Notes: generated by a model from the letters alone, not told the origin. DNA of 64,000 nucleotides from Holophagales bacterium UBA2201 (GCA_002327305.1 DCUZ01000073.1:2623-66622); one strand, 5' to 3'; shown: positions 1 to 8,258, numbered from the stretch's first letter. A program made the numbers and translations.

Positions 1-71
1 TCATGCCGGACTTGATCCGGCATCTCAGCCGCCTGAACCACTAAATATGAGCAGATTAGGTGGAAAGCCCG

Positions 72-392
72 CTATCCGGGCCTACCCGTCCCGCACTTCC
101 AGCACTCGGTGAATTGCGGCTCGGAGATCTCCCCGCACTGCGGGCAGGTCCAGGCGGCGCCCTGGACCGTGGGGCGGTCCCTGTTGAAGTCGGCCAACAG
201 GGCCTGGGCCTCCTCCGCCCGGGAATCGTCCTCGACCCAGACGGTGGGGTCGGTGTCGGGGCCCACCGGCACCTCCCCCCGCGCCCCCCACAGGTCCGTC
301 CCTTTCACCTCGGCGGCGATGCCGGCCGATTCCAGGATGCCGCGGACCAGTTCCGCTTCGGTGGGATTGTTGGCCGTGAAGATCTTCCTCAT
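72..392 (-). CDS. DUF2007-like small protein with C-terminal CxxC-x12-CxxC zinc ribbon
   Basis: 106-aa ORF. The N-terminal ~70 aa look like the DUF2007 putative signal-transducing fold. The C-terminus is CPQCGEISEPQFTECWKCG. A GGAGG sits 6 nt upstream of the ATG at 390-392. Confidence 0.6.
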   Translation of the reverse strand: MRKIFTANNPTEAELVRGILESAGIAAEVKGTDLWGARGEVPVGPDTDPTVWVEDDSRAEEAQALLADFNRDRPTVQGAAWTCPQCGEISEPQFTECWKCGTGRPG

Positions 393-419
393 TACTGCCT
401 CCGTTTCCGTCCGCCCGCG

Positions 420-482
420 GTTTCAAGTTTCAGGTTTCATGTTTCAGGTCCCGCCCACCCGGTTTCGAATCTACAGTTTCGA
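420..482. repeat. tandem heptanucleotide repeats GTTTCAR x4 (420-447) plus two spaced GTTTCGA copies (462-468, 476-482)
   Basis: Direct reading: gtttcaa gtttcag gtttcat gtttcag, and a seventh GTTTC at 403-407. The repeats lie 28-90 nt upstream of the ATG of the minus-strand gene 72..392, where they read TGAAAC at a 7-nt period. Confidence 0.8.
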
Positions 483-485
483 TTA

Positions 486-507
486 AAATAGGGACTGTCC
501 CTATTTT
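486..507. terminator. bidirectional intrinsic terminator hairpin AAATAGGGA-CTG-TCCCTATTT followed by TTTT
   Basis: Perfect 9-bp inverted repeat with T-runs on both strands, located downstream of the minus-strand gene 566..1063. Confidence 0.55.
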
Positions 508-565
508 CCCACAGTGCTTCCGCTGGAACGAGTTGTTAGGCAACGGGCTGTCGTTGACTCACGGA

Positions 566-1063
566 TCATGGCCGCTCAAACACCCACCGACTTCGCTGAA
601 TCTCGGCGAGTCGGCCACCGGCGAACGTCAGATAGACATCGTTGACCCACTTCGCTGGCATTTCGACATGCCATTGGTCCACCACAAGGAGAGGTTGCGG
701 TAGCTCCGAAAGGCCTGGAACCGCCGCGCGGTAGTAGCCGTATACGTCGCCGCTCATTTGACGAGACCCAGGATTCTCGAAGGGTTGTAGCGTTTCGTTG
801 TCCGCGGACGCACGCTTCCATGCGACGTACACCGTATTCCCAGGAGAAGAGTACCTCTCCTTGATTGCGGCGAATGCCTCCGCTCGGGTCGAACCGATTC
901 TAAAGCCGTAGGCAGCTCCTGACCGAACAACCCGATCACCTTCGACAAAGGGAATCCCGTGCTCCAATACGAAGAGGAGGCCGGCTGTGGCGACAACCGT
1001 CACTCCGACCACACCACCGACGCCCCAGAGCAACCATTTCCACCATCGCCTTTTCGTGGCCAT
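566..1063 (-). CDS. hypothetical N-terminally membrane-anchored protein
   Basis: 165-aa ORF with an N-terminal hydrophobic helix (WWKWLLWGVGGVVGVTVVATAGLLFVL) and a non-repetitive soluble domain. I do not recognise a family. Confidence 0.45.
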   Translation of the reverse strand: MATKRRWWKWLLWGVGGVVGVTVVATAGLLFVLEHGIPFVEGDRVVRSGAAYGFRIGSTRAEAFAAIKERYSSPGNTVYVAWKRASADNETLQPFENPGSRQMSGDVYGYYRAAVPGLSELPQPLLVVDQWHVEMPAKWVNDVYLTFAGGRLAEIQRSRWVFERP

Positions 1064-1142
1064 GCCGTTCCCGATGCCTAACGCGCCGGTTCAGCGGCGG
1101 CGCGCAGCGCGGTCCGCTGCAACCGGTTGTTCGACGGCCCGT

Positions 1143-1577
1143 TCACTGCTCCTCCACGTATTCGTCGGCATGTCTCGCGAGGTGTTGCTCCAGGGCCTCG
1201 GTGACAGTGGGCGTACATCGATGGAATGCGGCATCCAGTTCATCGATGAGGCTATCGTCGAGCGCATCCGCCCAGTCGGCCCCAGGCTCGGCGTCGGCCA
1301 GCGCCTCGACCGCGCGCGAAAGAAGCAGCGCCTGACACGTCAAGCCAAGGTCTCGCAGTGCAGCGACCGTCTCAGCAAGCCGGTTTACCCCGCGGTTCTC
1401 GAGGTACTGACCGTGGCCTCCATTCTGGACCTCCGAGTCGTACCAGAAGACCAGGTGAGCCTTGCGCTGGACTGAGGAAAGGTCGTCGTACTCCTCCATC
1501 GCAAGCAGGTCGACGAAGGCATTCCAGACGAGATGCGGCTCTTGCTTCAACCGTTGGCGCTCCACCACTCGCTTCAT
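1143..1577 (-). CDS. DUF4375 / DMP19-like family protein
   Basis: Carries the motif VQNGGHGQYLEN, which I recall as typical of the DMP19 C-terminal domain (DUF4375). The start was moved to the ATG at 1575-1577 (MKRVVERQ); the 1622 start in the track is a TTG. Confidence 0.5.
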   Translation of the reverse strand: MKRVVERQRLKQEPHLVWNAFVDLLAMEEYDDLSSVQRKAHLVFWYDSEVQNGGHGQYLENRGVNRLAETVAALRDLGLTCQALLLSRAVEALADAEPGADWADALDDSLIDELDAAFHRCTPTVTEALEQHLARHADEYVEEQ

Positions 1578-1802
1578 GTCTTCATTGCCTCGTGGGGCTC
1601 CGGCTTCAGGTCCGTCGAACAATGATTATGCGACATACTGAACACTCCCATTCCCAACCAGGGCGCACCGATAGCATAGTTCAATATCGGCAGGAATCCG
1701 CCCCCGCAAGACGGCATCTTGTCGCTTTTGCTGCTTATTACTATGATATACGGCATTTCGCATAATCATGGCTTTGACTAATCCCGAAGCCCGACTCCCC
1801 TA

Positions 1803-1832
1803 ACTTTGAACTTTGAACCTTGAACTTTGAAC
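1803..1832. repeat. tandem heptanucleotide repeats ACTTTGA x4
   Basis: Direct reading: actttga actttga accttga actttga, 4 nt after the stop of the minus-strand cyclase gene and about 200 nt upstream of the minus-strand gene 1143..1577. Confidence 0.8.
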
Positions 1833-1836
1833 GATT

Positions 1837-3411
1837 TCATTCTTCCCAAGCGACTTGGTACACGTTGATCTTCGCCGCGAGCCCTTTGAGGGCGTACTGC
1901 CCCATGTTGGAGAGGTTGTAGGTCCCCTTCAGCCGGTCCTTGGTCTGTTCGGAGATGACGATCCTGCCCGGCTCGGCCACGTGCTCCTCCAGGCGGCTGG
2001 TGACGTTGACCGTCGTTCCGAGGGCGGTGTATTCGAGGCGGCGCATGGAGCCGAAGTCGCCCACGATGGCGGGGCCCGAATGGACCCCCACGCGGAGCAG
2101 GATGGGCTGCTGCCCGGCGGATTCCCGCTCCCGGTTCCACGCGGCGATGCGGCGCTGGAGGTCCATGGCGGCGGCCAGGCCGCGGTCGGCGTGGTCCTTC
2201 TGCGGCAGGGGGGCGCCGAAGAAGGCCATGACGCAGTCGCCGATGAACTTGTCGAGGGTCCCCTCGTGGTCGAAGATGCACTCGGCGGCGAGGGAGAAGA
2301 ACTGGTTCAGCGTCTCGGTGGTCTTCTCCAGGGGGATCTTCTCGCACATGGTGGTGAAGCCGACGATGTCGGCGAAGAGGAGGGTGAGGTCGGGAACGCT
2401 GGAGGCGCTCAGGACCGAGGTGGTGTGCTCCTTGCCCTTGACGATCTCGTCCACGATGGCGGGGGAGTGGTAGCGGGCCAATTGCGTCCGGATGCGCTTC
2501 TCGTCCTCCACGCTCTTGGTGAGCATGGCGCGCTCGAGGGCCACGGCGGCGAGGTTGGCCAGGGCGGTGAGGATGTCCAGGTCCTCGGTGGAGAAGGTCC
2601 CCACGCGGGTGGGGCTGTCCACCCAGACCATGCCGATGACGTTGTCCTGGTTCCACAGCGGGGCGCACATGGCGGCCCGGATCTGGTGGATGCGGATGCT
2701 TTTGCCCTCCTCGAACCGGGCGTCGGCCAGGGCGTCGTGGGTGATGAGGGAGACCTTCTGGTTGACCACCTGGTCGCAGATGGTGCGGGAGAAGGGGAGC
2801 TCCTCCTTGGCCAGGGGGCCGGTGCGGGAGCGCACGAGCTTGGGCTCCAGGAGCCCCTCGATCTTGAGGAGGATGTAGGCCCGGTCGGCCGGGAGGGCGT
2901 CGAAGAGGACGTCCATGATCTTGTTGAGGACGCCGTCGAGGTCCAGGGTGGTGAGGAGCGTGCGCGCCATCCGGACCAGGATGGTGAGCATCTTGGCCCG
3001 CTTCTCCTCCTCTTCGCCGGGCTTGAGGGGCGCGGCGGCCGCCGGCGCCTTGGCGCCGGGGTCCATGAGGAAGTCCATCCGGAAGTCGGAGAGCGACCGG
3101 ACGAAGGTGCCGGAGGTGCTGACGAAGGGGGTGCTGGTGAGTTCGATCTTGAAATTGCCGATGGTGAGCTCGTCGCCCACCCGGAAGGGGCCGCGGGTGA
3201 CCTTCTGGCCGTTGACGAAGATGCCGTTGGTGGATTGATTGTCCTCCACGACCAGCTCCTCGCCCGCCTTTTCGATGAAGGCGTGGTGGCGGGAGACGGA
3301 AAAGTCGGCCAGGACGATGTCGTTGTCCTTGCTCCGCCCCAGCGACACCCGGTCCCGCGAAAGGGTCATCGTCTTCTCACCGGTCGGCCCGGTGATCTTG
3401 ATCTGGTTCAT
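1837..3411 (-). CDS. FHA domain - GAF domain - class III adenylate/guanylate cyclase
   Basis: The N-terminal FHA signature is GRSKDNDIVLADFSVSRHHAFI...TNGIFVNG. It is followed by a GAF-like middle region and a C-terminal cyclase core (LLFADIVGFTTMCE, FIGDCVMAFFGAP). The start is the ATG at 3409-3411; the 3420 start in the track is a TTG. Confidence 0.85.
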   Translation of the reverse strand: MNQIKITGPTGEKTMTLSRDRVSLGRSKDNDIVLADFSVSRHHAFIEKAGEELVVEDNQSTNGIFVNGQKVTRGPFRVGDELTIGNFKIELTSTPFVSTSGTFVRSLSDFRMDFLMDPGAKAPAAAAPLKPGEEEEKRAKMLTILVRMARTLLTTLDLDGVLNKIMDVLFDALPADRAYILLKIEGLLEPKLVRSRTGPLAKEELPFSRTICDQVVNQKVSLITHDALADARFEEGKSIRIHQIRAAMCAPLWNQDNVIGMVWVDSPTRVGTFSTEDLDILTALANLAAVALERAMLTKSVEDEKRIRTQLARYHSPAIVDEIVKGKEHTTSVLSASSVPDLTLLFADIVGFTTMCEKIPLEKTTETLNQFFSLAAECIFDHEGTLDKFIGDCVMAFFGAPLPQKDHADRGLAAAMDLQRRIAAWNRERESAGQQPILLRVGVHSGPAIVGDFGSMRRLEYTALGTTVNVTSRLEEHVAEPGRIVISEQTKDRLKGTYNLSNMGQYALKGLAAKINVYQVAWEE

Positions 3412-3419
3412 CTGACCCA

Positions 3420-3428
3420 ATTATAGCA
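3420..3428 (-). promoter_or_regulatory. extended -10 element TGcTATAAT 8 nt upstream of the cyclase ATG (candidate leaderless promoter)
   Basis: The minus strand reads ggTGcTATAATtgggtcagATG. Confidence 0.45.
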
Positions 3429-3593
3429 CCATGAAGGCGGAAGGCGGAAGGCGGAAGGGGGAAGGGGGAAGGGGGGGTGGACGATGAGCCCTTGGATCGG
3501 GTTGAAAACGGTCGCGCGGTCAACTATAATCGGGTCGTGCAATGGAATGGTCCGGCCGGAAGGATGCCGGCACCAACGCCGGGGAGGTGACCC

Positions 3594-3953
3594 ATGGCCC
3601 AATGTCCGAAGTGCAACAACCTGATTCCGTTCAACCTGACCGTCAAGTCGCTCTTCGTTTCGGAGGGAAAGCGGCGGCGCTTGGAGTGCCCGGTGTGCCA
3701 GGGGCCGCTCGTCGCCACGAAGAAGACCCTCGCGCTCGTTGTTCTGGCGGGGGCCATGCCCGCGCTGGTGACCCTTCCCAGACTGAGGCTCATGCAATGG
3801 GTCCAAGCGTTGTCGTTCGGGTGGGGCGTCATGGCCCTGTTCCTCCTGACTGCCCTGTCCTTCGCGCTGGCCGCCTGCGCCGTTGCCACGATGGCGGAAT
3901 TCGAGCCCGAGCCCCCTCCCCGCAAATTCTACGATCCCGACCGGTTGGACTGA
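3594..3953 (+). CDS. zinc-ribbon membrane protein (CxxC...CxxC N-terminus, two TM helices)
   Basis: Begins MAQCPKCNN...LECPVCQG, followed by hydrophobic helices. An SD GGAGGTG lies 5 nt upstream. Confidence 0.5.
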   Translation: MAQCPKCNNLIPFNLTVKSLFVSEGKRRRLECPVCQGPLVATKKTLALVVLAGAMPALVTLPRLRLMQWVQALSFGWGVMALFLLTALSFALAACAVATMAEFEPEPPPRKFYDPDRLD

Positions 3954-4015
3954 TCCTTCGCCTCTTCCCGTTTCTCTTCTCCCGTCCCCCTTTCCACGGA
4001 GGAGAGGGCCCGCCC

Positions 4016-4798
4016 CTACGGCAGGCAGGGGGTGTGGTAGAAGAGGAACATGGGGTCGCTGGTGGTCATGTCCGCCACGGAGACATAGGGGAACAGATCC
4101 TCCCCGGTGTCGTCGAGGGCCTCGATGACCACCTTGCCGGCCGCCGTTCCGATCATCCCCGCGTTCACGCCGTTGAGCTGGACCGATTCGGAGTTTCCGA
4201 GGGTAACGGTCTGGGCGCTCAGTTCGGTCCCGTCGCCGGCGATGACCCGGACCCGCAGGCGGGTCGTCATCGCGTTGCCGTAGGTGAACCCGACATTGAC
4301 GCGGGTGCGGGAGTAGTCCAGCGGGACGGGAAAGACGACCGTCTCCCCCTGGCCCATTCCCTGGTCTTCGTAGGCGACGGGGATGTGCTGGCCGTAGGTT
4401 CCGCTCCCGCCCGGCTCCGTGGTGTAGATGCGGGCGTTGACGTAAAACGGCGAGGTCCCCATGAGGTAGACCCAGAAGGTCCGCCCCTGGGGGAGTCCCA
4501 GGTCGCCGATGAGGTCGGCCGCCTCCACCGTCCCGCCCGGCGGCACGGTGTAATCCCGCGTGTACTCCGTGTAGCCGCTGAGGGCGTCCACGGCGAACGC
4601 CTGGACGGTGTTGGGCTGGCCCGAAACGGGGCCGGCGTCGGAAAGCCAGACGGCGGTGGTCCAGAAGGAGCCCTGGGCGCCGGGCCCGGAGGCCGCCACG
4701 GGGATGATCTGGTACTGTTGCGGCGAGCCGCAGGCGGCCGTGGCCTGGGACCCGGCGAGCGAAATCATGAAGCCAAGCAGGATGGGGGTGAGGCGCAT
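4016..4798 (-). CDS. secreted protein carrying one copy of an uncharacterised ~230-aa domain (motifs GSFWTT, GTYGQHIPVA, YVSVADMTTSDPMF)
   Basis: Has a signal peptide (MRLTPILLGFMISLAGSQATAAC). It shares an ordered motif set with both halves of the 39927..42677 protein. Confidence 0.7.
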   Translation of the reverse strand: MRLTPILLGFMISLAGSQATAACGSPQQYQIIPVAASGPGAQGSFWTTAVWLSDAGPVSGQPNTVQAFAVDALSGYTEYTRDYTVPPGGTVEAADLIGDLGLPQGRTFWVYLMGTSPFYVNARIYTTEPGGSGTYGQHIPVAYEDQGMGQGETVVFPVPLDYSRTRVNVGFTYGNAMTTRLRVRVIAGDGTELSAQTVTLGNSESVQLNGVNAGMIGTAAGKVVIEALDDTGEDLFPYVSVADMTTSDPMFLFYHTPCLP

Positions 4799-4887
4799 AG
4801 AACCTCCTTCGCGAAATCTGGGTCTAACCCTACACGCATCGCCGTTCCCTTGTCAAGTTTGCGGAGGGGCGGCCGGTTGAAAGCGGC

Positions 4888-5550
4888 CTACGCCCGCCGC
4901 GCCAGGATGAACGACTGCTGTCCGAAGAACCGCCACAGGAGCGGGACGCTCAGATACAGGCGCAGGGCCGCCGCGGGGAGGGCGATGCGGGTCTTGGTGG
5001 TGTAGGGGAGGAACCGGGGGATGGTTTTTTCCACGGCGAACCCGGCCAGGGCCAGGGCCTCCTCCAGGCTTCGCTCGGTGAGGGGGAGGTGGTGGTCGTA
5101 GAAGTCCCAGTAGGCCCCCCCGGTGTACCGGATGTTGGGCTGGATGACGAGGAGGGCGCCCCCCGGCCTGAGGACGCGGTGGAGTTCCGCCAGGCACCGC
5201 GACAGCGCCGCCTTGTCAGGGAAGTGCTCGAAGACATTGCTGGCCAGGACCGAGTCCACGGAGGCGTCGCGCAGGGGGAGGGGCCGGACGGCGTCGGCCG
5301 AGAGGGGCCGGACGCCCCCCGCGGCGTGCCGCAGGTGCTCCAGGTCGGGTTCCAGCGCCAGACGGGTCCGGGCGCGGAAGGCGTTGATCCCCTCGCACAG
5401 GCCCGCCCCCAGGTCGAGGAGGACGGCCTCGGGGGGGACGAAGCGCTGGAGGAACCGCCGGACGAGGATGGTCCACAGGGCCGCCTTGCGGCCCCGCTCC
5501 CCGGCGTCGAACCGGTGGCGGTAGAGGTCGGCGGCTTGGGTCTCCATCAT
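4888..5550 (-). CDS. class I SAM-dependent methyltransferase
   Basis: Motif I is VLLDLGAGLCEG, with an acidic post-motif II and DSVLASNVFEHF. The start was trimmed to MMETQ at 5548-5550; the upstream part of the 504-aa ORF is Pro/Gly/Arg-rich junk. Confidence 0.75.
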   Translation of the reverse strand: MMETQAADLYRHRFDAGERGRKAALWTILVRRFLQRFVPPEAVLLDLGAGLCEGINAFRARTRLALEPDLEHLRHAAGGVRPLSADAVRPLPLRDASVDSVLASNVFEHFPDKAALSRCLAELHRVLRPGGALLVIQPNIRYTGGAYWDFYDHHLPLTERSLEEALALAGFAVEKTIPRFLPYTTKTRIALPAAALRLYLSVPLLWRFFGQQSFILARRA

Positions 5551-6530
5551 TCTCCTTTCGCGGCGCGGAGCCAGGCCCGGCCCCGCAGAAGACGCCAGGC
5601 GTGGTACCACCCCTTGGCCCCCCACAGCATGAAGGAAAACAGCGGCGTGTCGAAGACCAGGGGGGCGAAGGGGGCGTGGCGCAGGGCCAGTTCGATCCGG
5701 GAGACGAAGTTGTGGCGCGCGGGGCGGAAGGGAGCGGCGCGGGGGAGCGTCCCCTCCACCGTGATGGCGGCCGCGTCGCGCGTCCCCAGTCCCGCCGCCT
5801 GCGCCCGCTCCAGGTGCTTGATGGCGGCGGGGTCGAACCCCATGATCCGGGCCCCCACCGCGTCCAGCGCCACCGGGTCGGCGGAGGCCAGGACCAGGTC
5901 CATCCGCCGGGGCCGGCCCGTCTTGGGGCCGTTCCCCTCCATGCACAGGGTGGCGTCCATGACGCCGAAGGCGGGCGGCGCGGCGCGGTTGATGTCGGCG
6001 ATGGCCTCGTTGACCACCAGGTGGTGGCGGTGGCGGCTCCGCGGCAGGAGGCCCCACTGGTTCTTCAGCGCCCCCGTGATCACGGTCTTGTCGTGGGTCT
6101 TGAGGACGGGCACCGTCACCAGGGTCCCCTCCCGGAGGATCTTCGGGATGGAGAGGCGGGGGAGGGCGAAGGCCCCGGGGATCTCCACCTCCACCACCTC
6201 CTGCAGGGACAGGTTCACCCACTCCACCCCGCGGCGCCGGCACACCCCGGCCATCCCGCTCCGGACGAAGGCCTTCTCCACCGATTCCAGGACCTGGTCC
6301 GCCTCCACCACCTTCACGGCGGCCCCCCCGTCCTGGAGGACCTCGATGACCGCCTCCACCACCGCCGCCGAGGTGACCGAGCCGGGAAGGGCGAAGTCCC
6401 ACCCCAGGTTGGGCTTGACCAGGACGGGCCGGCCGGGCGGAACGGCCTCCTGCCAGCGGGCGCGCTCCATGGCCTGGCGGACCGCTTCACGGATGCCGCG
6501 GCGGGCGTCGGCGACGACGACGAGGGACAT
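5547..6530 (-). CDS. DUF362 domain protein
   Basis: VLVKPNLGWDF and the following motifs are typical of DUF362. The start was trimmed to MSLVVVADA at 6528-6530. There is a 4-nt overlap with the downstream methyltransferase, so the two are probably an operon. Confidence 0.75.
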   Translation of the reverse strand: MSLVVVADARRGIREAVRQAMERARWQEAVPPGRPVLVKPNLGWDFALPGSVTSAAVVEAVIEVLQDGGAAVKVVEADQVLESVEKAFVRSGMAGVCRRRGVEWVNLSLQEVVEVEIPGAFALPRLSIPKILREGTLVTVPVLKTHDKTVITGALKNQWGLLPRSRHRHHLVVNEAIADINRAAPPAFGVMDATLCMEGNGPKTGRPRRMDLVLASADPVALDAVGARIMGFDPAAIKHLERAQAAGLGTRDAAAITVEGTLPRAAPFRPARHNFVSRIELALRHAPFAPLVFDTPLFSFMLWGAKGWYHAWRLLRGRAWLRAAKGE

Positions 6531-6605
6531 GGCGCTATTATCGCAGATTGCCGGGCGGCGTGCCGGCGGTGTCCCCCCGGCGGGGGGCTGTGCTACACTG
6601 GCCCC

Positions 6606-8258
6606 ATGGCCGTGATCCTGACGGTGACCGTGCTGGGATGCGTCCTCTGGGCGGGGGGGCGGGCCGTCGGCCGGCGCCTGGGCGACGATCCGCTGGAGCA
6701 GGGGGTCGTGGGGGCGGGGATCTGGCTGGCCGCCCTGCCGCCCGTGATGCTCCTGGCCTTCGCCGCCGGACTGCCCGTCCGGTGGAGCGCCCTCCTCTGG
6801 GCCGCGCCGATGGCCGCGGGCGCGGCGGCGTTGTGGAGGGACCCCAGGTCGTTCGGCCGGGCCGACGCCGCGGTGCTGGGGTGCGGCGGGGCGGTCCTGC
6901 TCTGGCTGACGGTCGTGCAGGCCCTCCTGCCGGTCTACGACGGGGCGGGGTGGGCGGGGGACTGGTACGAGCATTACCAGCGCGCCCGGTTCTTCCTGGA
7001 GGGATGGCCCCTCGATTTCCGGTTCCACGGCGATTACGCGCTGCCCTCCCGTCCCCCGTACTTCAACCTCCTCGCCGGTTCGATCCTCGCGGCGGCCGGG
7101 GAGGCGTTTTGGCGGTACCAGATCGCCGCCACCTTCCTCAACCTCCTGCCCCTGCTTCCCCTGGCCCTGATGGCGCGGCGCTGGTCGGGAGGGAGGACCC
7201 TTGCGGTCCTGGCGGGGGTCCTGCTGGCCCCTTCGTTCGTGCGCATGACCACCTACCCGTGGTCCCGGGGCCTGGCCGCCTTCTTCGTCCTCCTCGGCCT
7301 CCACTGCTACGCGCGCTCCGGGTTCGGCCGCCTCCGGCGGGACGCCCTCCTCGCCTTCGCCTTTCTGGGCACCGCGGTCCTGGTCCACTATTCGGCCCTG
7401 GTGTACTTCCTCCCCGCCGGCCTCCATTTCCTGTGGCGCTCGCTCGGGGACCGGAAGCGGGCGGCCGGGTTCGCCCTGGCCGTGGTTCTCTGTTGCGGGC
7501 TGGTCCTCCCCTGGGCGGGCTGGTCGGCCCTCCGGTTCGGGCCCGATTCCGGCTTCTCGAACACGACGACCGACTGGGCCTCGCGGCGGGGGCCCGCCGG
7601 GATGCACCGGGCCCTCCTCGAGAACCTCGGCCACACCCTTCTTCCCCCGGCGCTGTACGATCCGCTGTTTCGGGAACTGCGCGACCCCTTCTATCACATC
7701 ACCGTGGGCGTCTATTCCAACTCCCTGGTGGGGATCCTCACCCTCGCCTTTTCCCTGGCCCTCATCACGGCGGTCCTGGTCCGGCGGCGGGGGGCCGCCC
7801 GGGCCCTCCCGCCGGGGGCGGCGGGATTCTGGGGGTGGATGGTCCCGATGACGCTCTACCTGGGGCTCCTGGTCGTTCCGGAGGTGAACCGGTTCGTGGG
7901 ATCGGCGCAGGTGTGCCTCCAGCCGCTGGCGCTGGTCGGGATCGCGGCGGGGGCGGCCTGGGTGGTGCGCGCCTCCCCGAGATGGGCGGCCCTCCTCGCG
8001 GCCGGGATCCTCGCCGCCGAGAACGCCCTCTTCCACACGGCCTTCCTACTGAGGCAGAGCGCTTTGGACGCCCTGGAAGGACGGCCCGTGGACGGCCCCA
8101 CCCTCATCAACCTGGAACTGAAGGCCGGCGCCGGCGCGGAGTTCCTCTTCGACCGCGCCCGGCACGCCTGGTCGCTCTTGGCGGCGGCGGCGGTGGCGGG
8201 GCTCCTGTTCCTGATGGTCCTTTTCGTCCGGGGCGCCCTGGCGCCCCGGCGCCCCTGA
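6606..8258 (+). CDS. polytopic membrane glycosyltransferase-like protein (GT-C / GT39-ArnT-like)
   Basis: About 550 aa with at least 10 predicted TM helices. The start was trimmed to MAVILTV at 6606. The family assignment is from architecture only. Confidence 0.55.
   Translation: MAVILTVTVLGCVLWAGGRAVGRRLGDDPLEQGVVGAGIWLAALPPVMLLAFAAGLPVRWSALLWAAPMAAGAAALWRDPRSFGRADAAVLGCGGAVLLWLTVVQALLPVYDGAGWAGDWYEHYQRARFFLEGWPLDFRFHGDYALPSRPPYFNLLAGSILAAAGEAFWRYQIAATFLNLLPLLPLALMARRWSGGRTLAVLAGVLLAPSFVRMTTYPWSRGLAAFFVLLGLHCYARSGFGRLRRDALLAFAFLGTAVLVHYSALVYFLPAGLHFLWRSLGDRKRAAGFALAVVLCCGLVLPWAGWSALRFGPDSGFSNTTTDWASRRGPAGMHRALLENLGHTLLPPALYDPLFRELRDPFYHITVGVYSNSLVGILTLAFSLALITAVLVRRRGAARALPPGAAGFWGWMVPMTLYLGLLVVPEVNRFVGSAQVCLQPLALVGIAAGAAWVVRASPRWAALLAAGILAAENALFHTAFLLRQSALDALEGRPVDGPTLINLELKAGAGAEFLFDRARHAWSLLAAAAVAGLLFLMVLFVRGALAPRRP

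Noticed and set aside
1-71. Hairpin GCCGGACTTGATCCGGC at the window start, and a possible truncated RNA gene
   Set aside because: It has no U-tract on either strand and resembles no tRNA or tmRNA end. There is too little context at the window edge.
1855-3426. 523-aa plus-strand ORF antisense to the FHA-GAF-cyclase gene
   Set aside because: Its composition is Gly/Ala/Val/Asp/Glu-rich low complexity, which is typical of the antisense frame of a high-GC gene. It has no domain and no RBS or start context. The minus-strand product has clear domains.
5551-6402. N-terminal 284-aa extension of the methyltransferase ORF (track ORF 4888..6402)
   Set aside because: The extension is Pro/Gly/Arg-rich junk that overlaps the DUF362 coding region in another frame. 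The gene was trimmed to the MMETQ start.
6531-8036. N-terminal 502-aa extension of the DUF362 ORF (track ORF 5547..8036), and the overlapping plus-strand ORFs 5089..6615 and 6548..8335
   Set aside because: These are low-complexity translations antisense to, or out of frame with, the membrane glycosyltransferase gene. Only the 328-codon DUF362 part and the 551-codon membrane protein have protein-like sequence.
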